Assembly: GCA_951406725.2 (NCBI GenBank)
Contig: OX597815.1
Coordinates: forward strand, 188,046,001-188,110,000
DNA from: Octopus vulgaris
Lineage: Eukaryota
DNA length: 64,000 nt
Direction: 5' to 3'
The notes beneath the pieces are model-generated. The model ran no database searches, was not told the origin of the DNA, and saw only the letters and a list, made by a program, of their open reading frames with translations. Both the position numbers and the translations under genes were made by a program. This document shows, piece by piece, positions 38,436 to 50,610 of the stretch. Numbering within the stretch: the stretch's first letter is position 1; each line of letters opens with the position of its first letter.

Positions 38436-40260
38436 ATTCATGTCTCCAAAATGTATGCATAATTTTACGGCTGACAACTCAATTTTCAATTCTTTTTAGA
38501 ATTAATCCATTAGAAATAATGAAGGGAGCCAGACTAAAGTTTGAACAAAGGAAATGTATCAGAAAGTACAAGTGGAAGTTTGAAAATACAGTCAAAGCAC
38601 AAAGACGATTTAAGACTTAGCATCACACAAACTAGAAATAAGTTAGAAGCAAACGGAACTGTTTAGAATGTCCACAAGCAAGAAAAAAAATTTAAGAAAA
38701 CCTCTTCCAGATGACCACGAATATTTTACAAGTCTCACAAAACCCTTACACACAGACACACTCAAACATGCACAAACAAAGAGACAGAGGAATCCTCACA
38801 CACACACACAAACGCATGAATATGCAGAATACATACATACATAAAAAGGTAACCACACGCATACTTATATATGCATACATACACAGACACATACATGCAT
38901 ACACACACATACATACATACGTGTATACACATGCAGACTGACACACACACACATGCACGCAAACAAACAAACAGAAAGCAGCTCTGATAACGGACAAAGT
39001 CAACAACTCTTTACTCTTTTACTTGTTTCACTCATTTGACTGTGGCCATGCTGGAGCACCACCTTTAGTCAAACAAATTGACCCTAGGACTTATTCTTTG
39101 TAAGCCTAGTACTTATTCTATCGGTGTCTTTTGCCAAGCCACTAAGTTATGGGGATGTAAACTCACCAGCATTGGTTGTCAAGCGATGTTGGGGGGAAGG
39201 GGGGGGGCAAACACAGACACAAACATATACACACACACATATATATAAATGACGGGCTTCTTTCAGTTTCCATCTACCAAATCTACTCACAAGGCTTTGG
39301 TTGGCCCAAGGCTATAGTAGAAGACACCTGCCCAAGGTGCCACACAGTGGGACTGAATCCAGAACCATGTAGTTGATAAGCAAGCTACTTATCACACAGC
39401 CACTTCTATGCCTATTGAAAAGGTTGCAAGACACAGCGAATATGTTAGAAAGAAAAAAAACATGAGTGGAAATCAAACCAGTGAGTGTGTTAAATAATAA
39501 GGCATTAAAAGAGAATGATTCTCCCCAGACACCAATAATATATGCTTCAACACACGAATTCACATAAAGAATCTTGTAAACCAAATTCAAAAATGAAATG
39601 TAGTAGAAATGTTTTGCCAGATTTAAGAAAAAGAGAAATCTGTGCAGCAGCTGGTTCTGAGATGGGAATTTTAAAATGAAGCTTCTCTTCTATTATGAAG
39701 TGCTGTCATTGGAAACATTACATTGTAAGAATAGTTCATACTCTCAATGAAGAACATGCAAAAGGCTGAAAAATGGGGTTTTACGGGAGGTATTTGGCCA
39801 GATGTATGGCAGACACATGCTTTTCAAAAAAATATTGTTTTGGGTGATTTTTTAATCTTTTACTTGTTCCAGTCAACAGACTGCGGCCATGCTGGGGCAC
39901 TGACTAGAAGAGTCTTTAGTTGAATGAATTAACCCCAGGACTTATTTTTTAAAGCTTTGTACTTTTTTCTATTGGTCTCTTTTACTGAACCGCTAAGTTA
40001 CAAGGATGTAGACACATCAACACCTGCTGATGGGGTACAAACACAGACATGAAAACACACACCTACATACATGATGAACTTCTTTTAATAACCATTTACC
40101 AAATCCACTCACAAGGCTTTAGTCAGCTCAAGTCCATTGTGGAGGCCACTTGCCCAAGGTGCTACACTGCATTTCAATTGCATGGTTCAAATAACCACTA
40201 CAGCTGCATCTACTGAGGACCTGAGAATTTGCATAGGATGGAGGAAGATACTCTATATAA
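38436..40260 (+). pseudogene. DUF4817-type Tc1/mariner transposase fossil in three pieces (38519-38720, 39600-39850, 40168-40260)
   Basis: MKGARLKFEQRKCIRKYKWKFENTVKAQRRF..RNKLEANGTV*NVHKQ; KSVQQ..SEMGI..MKCCHWKHYIVRIVHTLNEE..YLARC; FQLHGSNNHYSCIY*GPENLH. Pieces are in the expected order. Confidence 0.8.
39008..39412 (-). mobile_element. SINE family A nested in the transposon fossil (others at 39855-40168 and 40290-40500)
   Basis: Family motifs present. Confidence 0.9.
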
Positions 40261-40689
40261 AATGTTGTATGTGTATGCATTCTTCTATTCTTTCATTTGT
40301 TTCAGTCATTTGACTGCAGCCATGCTGGAGCACTGCCTTTAGTCGAACAAATCGACCCCAGCACTTACTCTTTGTAAGCCCAGTACTTATTTTATTGGTC
40401 TCTTTTGATGAACCGCTAAGTTACAGCGACATATACATGCCAACACCGGTTGTCAAGTAATGTTGGAGTGACAAACACAGATGCAACCATACACACACAT
40501 ACACATACATACATACATATATATAAAAGAAGCACAATTAAAGGTTACAAACTTCATTCAGGGATAGCAGAATCCTATGAAAGTACTCGTTAGTTACTTA
40601 TACAAAGAATACTGAACATTACATTTAATACTCAGCCGCAAGGTAACTATATAAGCTGTGGTTTATATATATTTTATTTATTATAATAA

Positions 40690-40860
40690 TATGATGAGAA
40701 AATAGAAAGGTAATTAATAAATTATTATTTATTAATTAATTTTAATTTAATTCAATTAATTTTGTGAGAGCCTGAATTGAAACAGCTGTAAGGAATGTTT
40801 GTCAATTTTTTAATTAATGTATAATTTATTAATTACCTTTCTATTCTCTCATCTTATCAT
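40690..40860. mobile_element. Penelope-like end with inverted tail and hammerhead 3' half
   Basis: GATGAGAAAATAGAAAGGTAATTAATAAA pairs with TTTATTAATTACCTTTCTATTCTCTCATC; internal GAAA-CAGCTG-TA-AGG. Confidence 0.55.
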
Positions 40861-40907
40861 CATCATCGTTTAGCGTCTGTTTTCCATGCTATATTATTAT
40901 TGTTATA

Positions 40908-41910
40908 CTCTCTTTTACTTGTTTCAGTCATTTGACTGCGGCCATGCTGGAGCACCGCCTTTAGTCGAGCAAATCAACCCCGGAACTTATTCTTTGTAAG
41001 CCCAGTACTTATTCTAGCGGTCTCTTTTGCCGAACCGCTAAGTGACGGGGACGTAAACACACCAGCATCGGTTGTCAAGCAATGCTAGGGGGACAAACAC
41101 AAACACACACACACATATATATATACATATATACGACAGGCTTCTTTCAGTTTCCGTCTACCAAATCCACTCACAAGGCATTGGTCGGCCCGGGGCTATA
41201 GCAGAAGACACTTGCGCAAGATGCCACGCAGTGGGACTGAACCCGGAACCATGTGGTTGGTTAGGCGGCACTGGTATCAGCCACAACTACAATTCCTGAT
41301 TGTGATTTGATTTTTGATTTTACTTGACTACTCAATAGGTTTCCCAAAGCACGGTGTGTCACCCGATGATTCAAAGGTATTTTTAAATAGGCTGGTTCTC
41401 ACTTTACTTGCGGGTCATCTCCATTACAGCATATCTCCAGAGGTCTCAGTCTTTTGTCATAGCCTCTGTGAGGCCCAACGTTTGAAGGTCATGCTTCACC
41501 ACGTCATCCCATGTCTTCCTGGGTCTCATATATATTTAGGTGCAGGAATGGCTGTGTGGTAAGTAGCTTGCTTACAACCACATGGTTCCGGGTTCAGTCC
41601 CACTGCATGGAACCATGGGTAAGTGTCTTCTACTATAGCCTTGGGCTGACCAAAGACTTGTAAGTGGATTTGGTAGACAGAAACTGAAAGAAGCCTTTCG
41701 TATATATATATATATATGTCTGCGTGTCTGTGTTTGTCCCCCCAACATCACTTCACAACCGAAGCTGGTGTGTTTATGTTCCTGTAACTTAGCGGTTCAG
41801 CAAAAGAGACCAATAAAATAAGTACTAGGCTTACAAAGAATAAGTCCTGGGGTCATTTTGTTCGGCTAAAAGCAGTGCTCCAGCATGGCCACAGTCAATA
41901 GAATAAAAGA
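40908..41910. mobile_element. SINE A (-, 40908-41260), RTE 3' fragment (-, 41262-41527), SINE A (+, 41539-41910)
   Basis: Family motifs present. The RTE piece encodes RPRKTWDDVVKHDLQTLGLTEAMTKD on minus. Confidence 0.87.
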
Positions 41911-41989
41911 ATATATATATATATGAAGCAAAAAATTTAGGTGAAACTATTTGTGAAGATATACCAATTTAAACATGATATATATATAT

Positions 41990-42415
41990 ACTTTACAAGA
42001 TAAGGGCAAAAGAAAAATTCTAATGTCTCGAGATGTGCCGAAGATTTTTCTATTTTGGATATATTTGGGGTACTTAGGTCTGCTCAGGACTTGGTGTTTG
42101 CTTTTTCCATGGGTATGAGTAAGTATTTCACTTATATCTCGCGTATTTGCCGCTGAAGAGGGGAAAATTTCTAATTAATTAACCCCGAAATTGGACCAAT
42201 ACGGTAATAACGAATTTTTTAGAAATTTCTATCAGTTTGTTTCGAGACGCATAAATTATAATGGTTATTGAAAAGTTTTGTCTTTTTTTCGGCATTAGAA
42301 TTTTTCTTTTGCCCTTATCTTGTAAATTATTTATAAATTTAACCTTTAAAGGTATTTTTTGATATGCTGGCCATTGATAAAATTTTTTTCCCGAAAAATT
42401 TTTTATCCTATATTA
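41990..42415 (+). mobile_element. Penelope-like LTR with an inverted 5' segment
   Basis: TTTACAAGATAAGGGCAAAAGAAAAATTCTAATG (41992-42025) is the reverse complement of 42293-42326. Contains a hammerhead and is flanked by (TA)n. Confidence 0.75.
42142..42212 (+). ncRNA. Intact type I hammerhead ribozyme motif
   Basis: TTGCCG-CTGAAGA-GGGG...CCCC-GAAA-TTGG-A-CCAA-TA-CGGTAA. All core bases and three stems present; predicted cut after 42201. Confidence 0.85.
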
Positions 42416-42417
42416 GT

Positions 42418-42470
<53 letters not shown>

Positions 42471-43407
42471 GAGAGGCATTTTTCAGTTTCTGCTTGAGGC
42501 TATTGTAGAAGACATTTGCCATGCAGTGGAACTGAACCTGGAACCATGTTTCTTAACACACAGTCACATACTCAGACACATGCATGCACAATAGTATATG
42601 TTTTTTTGTGTTTAAGATTATAAGAACAAACCACAAAAGTAAATGAATATTAATTAGACACACAACAATGACAAACGGGTGTTATTGTAATATATGTTGT
42701 GTGAGAGTTCACACACAAAGTAAACACGTACCTATGACAACATGCTGTTTTTCAAAACTTGCAGATAAAAGGAAAATGGATAAAAAAAAAAAAAATTGAG
42801 TGCATATAAGAACCCCTCCAGATATTTTACAGTTGTAGTTGATTATGAGAAATGAATATATTTAAGATGATGTGTGATAATTAAACTCTGAGTTTACATG
42901 CAAGTAAAGTGTGTTTCTAAGACTACACAAAATTCTGACTGCACACCAGGATAAACAGCAGGAGTTGTGAACTTATGTGAGAAGTTGTACAGTTTAAAAC
43001 AGGAATGAATCAGCTTTAATAGACTTAATACATCATGGTAGAGTTACGATTGCCACTTAAAATGACGCATATACTGTTATATTTACATGTTCGCTTGTGG
43101 TTTATTTCTTGATCATATCGTATATTAAAAAGTGTCAAAAATGTTTCACCTACACAGACACCATCATCATCACTGTCGTCATCATTATCATCATCATCAT
43201 CAACATCATTATTATTGTCATCATCATCATTCTTTTTTACTCTAGGCACAAGGCCCCAAATTTTGGGGCTGGGTTCTTTTTATGTGGCACCAAAGCTACA
43301 TATAGGTGCAGTTGTGGTTGTGTGGTAAGAAGCTTGCTTCCCAACCACATGGTTCTGGATTCAATCCCACTGTGTGTCACCATGGACAAATGTCTTCTAT
43401 TATAGAA

Positions 43408-43773
43408 GCTAATTTCCACAGCTGTGCATAGTTTCTCTTCTCTATCCCAAATCCTTATATCAGGTCTCTCTTTTACTCTTTTAATTGTTTCAGTCATTTG
43501 ACTGTGGCCATGCTGGAGCACCGCCTTTAGTCGAGCAAATTGACCCCAGGATTTATTCTTTGTAAGCCTAGTACTTATTCTATCGGTCCCTTTTGCCGAA
43601 CCGCTAAGTTACGGGGACGTAAACACACCAGCACCGGTTGTCAAGCGATGTTGGGGAGTGGGGGACAAACACAAACACATAAACACACTGTTGTGCTTAC
43701 ATTTTATTGAGGCCTTCACTGAAACATTCCACCAGTATTCCTCTTTATTATTAGTGGCTATGGCTTATACCAT
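43408..43773 (-). pseudogene. R4/Dong-type non-LTR restriction-like endonuclease fragment interrupted by a SINE A 3' half (43468-43687)
   Basis: Rejoined minus translation TNNKEEYWWNVSVKASIKCKHNRPDIRIWDREEKLCTAVEIS carries the HNxPDI..D..K...E RLE motif. Confidence 0.75.
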
Positions 43774-44531
43774 GTATGTATGCATGCATGCATGTATGCT
43801 GGCATGTATGTATGTGTATGCGTGCATGTGTGTGTGTGTGTGTGTGTGCATGGCTTTTGATGTATATTGGAGAAATATGTAAAAAATCAGTGATAAAGTG
43901 TTCGAATACATAGCTTCCAAACCTAAATATTGTGTGTGGTATCTGTTCTACTTGAGATTCAAAGACAATCTTTTGTACATCTCATGATAAGAAGGCATTG
44001 AGCCAGTGACTGGCCACTGAAAACCTATAATTAATATAGCTATGGTACATCTAATATGATGACAAAATTAATTTAAAACACATGTATGAGAAGTAGGAAA
44101 CCTGACTTTGTTAGATAACCTTCCCAGATGAGATCCTTTTATTTTCACTAATTCCTGGTATGTTGTTGGGATTTAGCCAGAGGGCAGATCTAGTGAAGCA
44201 GGCCACAAAATCAGTGGTATGCTAAAAGCTAAGATCACCCTGGCTTTTCAATCATAATTCATCTCATGGTATATTAGTGGTTATATTTTTTCCTTTTGTT
44301 AGAGATGCTGAATGTAATTTAAAAGAGGTTTGGTTGCTATTTCTTGCATTTGAAATGACCAACCAAAGGCTGTCACTTTTGTTCAGCTTCAGTAATGTTG
44401 ACAGAGTAAGATATTGTACCTTGAAATGTAATGAAAATATTTACAGTAGATTTGAACTCATGTTGTATGAGCATGTAATCTGAGAGTTTACCCACTCAGC
44501 TAGTTCACATTTACAAACTTATATCAAACTA

Positions 44532-44692
44532 CTGTATTTTCCAGGATATACAAGTTGAATTTTTCAAAGGTAAGTTGACTTATACATTAAAAAAAATCTT
44601 ATACAAAATGCTGCAGGATTTGGAAACACAGAGATGATGTTTGAATGTTTACACTATATATACCATGTCAATTTGTATACCAGAAAATATGG
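44532..44692. mobile_element. pogo/Tigger-like MITE
   Basis: TA-CTGTATTTTCCAGGATATACAAGTTGA...TCAATTTGTATACCAGAAAATATGG-TA. Confidence 0.65.
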
Positions 44693-44726
44693 TATCAGTT
44701 ATACATACATACATACATACATACAT

Positions 44727-44839
44727 AAATAAAATACAAAATGGGACATGAATGCAAAACATCCAGTTTTGTTGTCCCTTTTTGTATCACCTAGTTGTCC
44801 AGTTGTTTTGCGTTCTTGTCCCATTTTGTATTTTATTTT
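44727..44839. repeat. Short inverted repeat
   Basis: AAATAAAATACAAAATGGGACATGAATGCAAAACA pairs with TGTTTTGCGTTCTTGTCCCATTTTGTATTTTATTT. Confidence 0.8.
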
Positions 44840-44850
44840 ATATATATATA

Positions 44851-45339
44851 TGGTAGTAATCTATGTTATTACCCTTTTTTGATTATATTCACATATTACT
44901 TGATAGATTTGTTTGTAAAATTTTTTCCCGGCATGCCCTATATCACCGGGTAGATTTTGCGTCTGCGCAGAGGTTTGAAAAGTTAAGATCTGCAAGTTGT
45001 TTAGATCGACACATGGTCTAACGCTCTGTGCATCTCGATTTAACAAAGGCGTCTCACTGATGAAACCGGCCTTAGCAAACATATTCTGTCTGTTTTGCTA
45101 GAAAGAGGTAGAAACTGATCAGTCCGGGATATATCGTTAATGGTAAATGTTTTTGATTTTCACTCCCAATGAATTTATCCCTTTTCTGTGTCCCTAGCAC
45201 TTGACATCCTTATTTAGGAGCTCTTAATTATATTTCTATATGAATAATATTTTTCTATATGAAAGAATATTTTGTCTAATGACTAATTCGTCTTTTGTGC
45301 TAGGCCACTGGTAGTAATCTATGTTATTACCCTTTTTTG

Positions 45340-45345
<6 letters not shown>
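44851..45345 (+). mobile_element. Terminally redundant 458 bp hammerhead-containing unit (solo pLTR or retrozyme-like)
   Basis: Identical 37 bp direct repeat TGGTAGTAATCTATGTTATTACCCTTTTTTGATTATA at 44851 and 45309; (TA)n on both sides. Confidence 0.75.
45051..45130 (+). ncRNA. Type I hammerhead ribozyme motif
   Basis: GTCTCA-CTGATGA-AACC..TAGCAAA..TTTGCTA..GGTA-GAAA-CTGATCAG-TC-CGGGAT. GUC site and palindromic stem III; one mismatch at the base of stems I and II. Confidence 0.78.
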
Positions 45346-45374
<29 letters not shown>

Positions 45375-45418
45375 CGGCATATACACCAGTATTCCTCTTC
45401 ATTATTAGTATTCCTTTT

Positions 45419-45472
<54 letters not shown>

Positions 45473-45624
45473 ATTTTGAAAGATTTCAAAATGCTACCGT
45501 GGTTGATGATGCAACTGCTTCTTAAAGAACTATCAACCGTTACTAAAACCTTCCAATCGATGGTAGCTTCCAAAATATATTTCACAACAGAAACATTCAG
45601 CTGTTCTTTGACTTTCTCCTCTTT

Positions 45625-46375
45625 TATTCCTTTCTTGCTTTCAGACACTGGACTGCAGCCATGCTGGAGCATAACTTTGAGAGGTTTAGTTCATTGAATC
45701 AATCCAGAGATGTTTTTTTCTTCTTTGAAATCTAATTCTTATTCTGTTGATTTCTTTTTGCCAAATCTCTTTTCTATCCCAAATCCTTATATCAGGTCTG
45801 TTGTGCTTACATTTTATTGAGGCTTTTACTGAAACATTCCACCAGTATTCCTCTTCATTATTAGTATTCCTTTTTATTATAAGTTACGGGGATGTAAACA
45901 CATCAACATTTGATTGTCAAGGGATGGTGGGGAGACAAACACACATACATGTATGCTTGTGTTTGTATGTTGCTGAAAGTGCCATATTATGGAATTGAAC
46001 CTGAAACCACATATTTCTGAAGCAAACTTCTGAACCACTCAGCTTTGTCAACTTTCTTTCCTTTTTTTTTGTTTTTTTTTTTGCTTCTTGTATGTAATTG
46101 GTATCAGATACCCTCTTTTAGTCTTTTCAACATCACATGGGTTCTTTTATTCTTCTACTTTTTTTACTTCATTCAGCCATTTGACTGTGGCCATGCTGGA
46201 GTACTACCTTTTTAATCAAAGAAATCAACCCCTGGATTTATTGTTTGTAAGCCTGGTACTTATTCTATCGGTTTTCTTTTGCCAAACTGCTAAGTTACGG
46301 GGATGTAAACACACCAACATTGGTTGTCAATCAATGGTAGGGAGACAAACACAGACATACACACATACATATATG
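45625..46375 (-). mobile_element. Two SINE A copies (45625-46045 carrying an RLE fragment insert at 45766-45877; 46160-46375)
   Basis: Family motifs present. The insert matches 43434-43467 plus 43690-43756. Confidence 0.8.
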
Positions 46376-46637
46376 CTTGTATATGATGACCAATATCTAA
46401 ACTACAGTGGAGAAAGCTAGCCACTGGATTTGGTTAAAAAGAGACGATGAGCGATGGCTAGAAGAATACTGAGCTTTATTTAATAACCAGTTGATCTAGA
46501 AAGTGGGGCCAGTGCGTATTGATGTCGTCGAGAGGTAGGCCCCGAAACGGTGCGCATTCTCTCCTGAAGACCCTATGGCTTCCAGCATGCAGAGTTTTTG
46601 ACTGGTAGCACTTGCATGTGCAAGTTGTTTGCAAGAC

Positions 46638-47016
46638 GTGTTGTGAATTTATGGAACAAAATCCCATAAAACTCAACAATTTTGATAAATATATTTTCAA
46701 ATAACCATTATGGCCTTTAGTTTTAGTTAATACCTAACTGGACTCACACATCTTACTTTCTCATAAGGATAAATATGAATCTCCTATATTCTATTGTGCT
46801 TTTTCTTTTCTCAAGTAATTTGTAAAGAAATTTGTTTATATTTCTTACACTAATTAATTCTATTCAACCATGAATTTGCATGATTTTTATATCACTGTAC
46901 GAAAGGATCATCTGCATGAATTAAAATTCTCTTATATATTTTAACATCTTCTCTTCTCCATTTTTATCAAAATTGTTGAGTTTTATTGGGATTTCTTCCC
47001 ATAAATTCACAACACA
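46638..47016. repeat. Inverted repeat, about 53 bp arms with a 270 bp spacer
   Basis: GTGTTGTGAATTTATGG..CCCATAAAACTCAACAATTTTGATAAA pairs with 46963-47016. Confidence 0.8.
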
Positions 47017-47021
47017 TTCTG

Positions 47022-47436
47022 TTGTGTCTGGGGAGAGTCATTTTCTTTTTGTGCCTTATAATGTAACACACTCACCAGTAAAATTTCCACTTATTTCTTA
47101 TTTTTATTTTCCTAAAAATTTTCATTGCATCTTGCAACCTTTTCAAGACTCTTGAAAAGGTTGCAAGACGCCATGAAAATTTTTAGGAAAATAAAAATAA
47201 GAAATAAGTGGAAATTTTACTGAGTCTTGCAACCTTTTCAAGACTCTTGAAAAGGTTGCAAGACGCAACGAAAATTTTTAGGAAAATAAAAATAAGAAAT
47301 AAGTGGAAATTTTACTGGTGAGTGTGTTACATTATAAGGCACAAAAAGAAAATGACTCTCCCCAAACACAAGAGAATATGCTTCAACACACAAACTCATA
47401 TAAAGAATCTTGAAAACCAAATCCAAAAATGAAATA
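47022..47436. repeat. Nested double fold-back of a repeat also present at 39415-39599
   Basis: Hairpin centre TCTTGCAACCTTTTCAAG-ACT-CTTGAAAAGGTTGCAAGA occurs twice (about 47149 and 47244); outer arms about 125 bp. Confidence 0.88.
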
Positions 47437-47811
47437 TTCACAACACACCATATAAAAGTATTATTTTCATATTCTCAATTTTATGCCAGTAAGCTACCAG
47501 CAAAATATGAAGAATCTATATTAGAAATCTTTTTTTGGAAACCTCCAAATTGAAGGATGAAGCTAATTCAACCTTTTTACACACAAACACACACAACGGG
47601 CTTCTTTCAGTTTCCGTCTGCCAAATAATCTCACAAAGCTTTGGTTGGCCTTATTAGATACCTTCTTTTAGTATTTTCAACATCACATAGATGTCCATTT
47701 TTATTAAATAAAAAGACATAAATATTTATTCATTACATTACAACGTACAAAACCCACAAGGCTTTTTTATGGTGTTACTCACACTGCTAAAAACAGCAGT
47801 CAAATCTCCCT

Positions 47812-48150
47812 CATCATCGTCGTTTAACATCCGTTTTCCATGCTAGCATGGGTTGGACGGTTCGACAGGGGGTCTGGGAAGCCAGGAGGCTGCACCAGGC
47901 TCCAGTCTGATCTGGCAGTGTTTCTACAGCTGGATGCTCTTCCAAACGCCAACCACTCTGTGAGTGTTGTGGATGCTTTTTACGTGCCACCGGTACAGGG
48001 GCCAGAGGAGGCTGGCGAACGGCCACGATCAGTTGGTGCTTTTACATGTCACTGACACGGATACTAGTCAGGCGGCGCTGGCATCTGCGACGTTCGGACG
48101 GTGCTTTTTACGTGTCACCGGCACGGGCATCTTAACTACAATTTCCATTT
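47812..48150 (-). mobile_element. RTE 3' UTR
   Basis: Tail and tandem units present. Confidence 0.87.
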
Positions 48151-48632
48151 GATTTCTATTTTGATGTTGGTGTTGCTGCTGGTTAATAAGGGCTGTACAG
48201 GCCTCATGTCAAACCTTAATGTTTTAATAAATTGACACAGTAGATAATATAGATGTAAACATCCTAGAAAGACAAGACGATCATGGATGGAAAGTCTTTG
48301 ATTACAGATCTGTTTGACCTGAACCTGAACAACAGCAAAGTTGATGGCTTGTTGGTTAACTGTGTCAAAACATCAATAAAGAATATTTTATATTAGAAAA
48401 AAGAAAAAAAATCATTATAAAAAATAGAAATGAAAAGCAAATGTCTCAGTTTACTTCTGAATCATTGCACCCTGTCCCCCACCCCCCAGCCTTTAGTGCA
48501 AACACTGCAGGTTTGCATTATTTTGCTGCTTTGTAATAATCACGAGTTATAAAACACCATCTGTGGACATCAGTACACATGCACCAACTGAGTCACTCAC
48601 TAATGATAATAATGATGATGATGATGATGAGA

Positions 48633-48856
48633 ATAATCCTTTCTACTAAAGGTACAAAGTCTGAAATTTTTTTTGGAAGCGGGGACTAGTCAATTACATC
48701 GACCCCCAGTGTTACACACTGGTACTTAATTGATTGATCCTGAAAGGATGAAAGGCAAAGTCGACCTCGGCAGAATTTGAACTCAGAATGTTGTGGCAGA
48801 TGAAATGCTGCAAAGCATTTCGTCCAGCATGCTGATGATTCTGCCAGCTCACTGCC

Positions 48857-48891
<35 letters not shown>

Positions 48892-49079
48892 CCTTTCTAC
48901 TATAGGCACAAGGTCCGAAATTTTTTGGAGGAGTGTTACATTGGTATTTAATTGATCGATCCTTAAAGGATGAAAGCAAAGTTGACCTCAGCAGAATTTG
49001 AACTTAGAATGTTGTGGCAGATGAAATACCTCTAAGCATTTTGTTTGGCATACTAATGATTCTGCCAGCTTGCTGCCTT
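48633..49079 (-). mobile_element. Two tandem SINE family B copies
   Basis: Minus AAGGCAG..AGCTGGCAGAATC...GAGTTCAAATTC.GCCGAGGTCGACTTTGCCTTTCATCCTTTC, separated by (AAT)n. Confidence 0.88.
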
Positions 49080-49106
49080 AATAATAATAATAATAATAAT
49101 CCTTTC

Positions 49107-49284
49107 AAAAAGCACCCAGTACACTCACGGAGTGGTTGGCATTAGGAAGGACATCAGGCTGTAGAAACACTGCCAGATCAGACTGGAGCCTGGTGCAGCC
49201 TCCTGACTTCCCAGATCTCCTGGTCGAACCGTCCAACCCATGCTAGCATGGAGAACGGACGTTAAACGATGATGATGATGATGA
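49107..49284 (+). mobile_element. RTE 3' tail
   Basis: CCCATGCTAGCATGG..AACGGACGTTAAAC(GAT)n. Confidence 0.87.
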
Positions 49285-50569
49285 ATATTTTATTTTAGAG
49301 CTATCTTGTCTGATTTTTTAATATTTTTTACCTGCATTTACAGCATCAAAAGCAGGTTGTGTGCACTGCTGAGGAGGATATAGAAGCTTTTGATGAATTA
49401 TATAAACCAATACCTTCCTGTGTCACTGAGAGCTCCCCCACTTCCTACAAAATGACAAAGCAAAACAAAAACCCTGCTAAGATATGGTGCATTTATAAGG
49501 ACTATATTTTAAATCTCAACAAGCTATTTTTTTTTTATACACAATCACTCCGAAAGAACGAAAGACTTCACTGTTCTCTAACATCTACGATATCCATAAC
49601 CAGAGCACAAAAGCGAGAATGACTTGGATGCATGTGCCATGCTTTCCTTAATTGTTTTAAATGTTTTAAACCTGAAACCACATGAGTTGTGAAGTAAGCC
49701 ATACCTTCTTTTACCATAATGCTGGGTTGACCAATAGCTTAAGAATAGAACTTGGTAGCTGGAAACTATGCAGAAGCCTGTTCTATATATTTGTGTGTGT
49801 GTGTGTGTGTGTGTGTGTTTATATTTATCATTTATGAAGTGGTGTTGTTTATATTCATCTCTGTTTCCACATTCAATAAACAGCAAGGTCGATTAATCTA
49901 CCAAAACATTTGAAGCTGGTGCCCCAGCATGGCTGCAGTCATGTGAGTGAAATCAATCAAAGAGTGTGAGTATTCTTTCACGGGGTTTTAGTCAGTGGAT
50001 CATGGCCATACTGGAGCACTGCATACAATGCTTTTTAGTCAATTATATTACATCGACCTGATTGCTTTGTTTGATATTCATTTAATTGACCTCAGAAGAT
50101 GACTGAAGGTAAAAATTAGCCAGGCATAAAAGAAAACAAGAAAAAAAAAACAATCTAGACAGACTAAAATACACGAGACAATTTTTTTCCTGTCACATCC
50201 CATGTCAGAGATTACAGTATTTTATGTTTGTTGTAAAAATTACAATAGAAAGATTTTTTTTGTATTTGTAGTAGTTATTTTAATGAAATAGTTTCAGGAT
50301 GAAAAAAAAAAAAAAAACTAAAACTAATTAAGTATAAAAGTCAACAGACAAGTAAATGAAGGATAAGATTAGGTGAGGATGGAAGAGAGAAGAAAAATCC
50401 AACTTTTAGTGTAACTGTTCATTTTTGTTTTTTAAATCAAATGGTTTTATTGTTAGCTTAAATTTTTTTTTCTTACAACTGTCATGATTGTTTTTAACAG
50501 TTTACCATATGTACAGTTTTTTTTTAAAAATGGTATTTACTAATTTAATTATTTGCATCTACAAATAGA

Positions 50570-50606
<37 letters not shown>

Positions 50607-50610
<4 letters not shown>

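Noticed and set aside
49359-49622. 87 aa ORF after a possible splice acceptor
   Set aside because: No recognisable motif or donor, and no partner exons.
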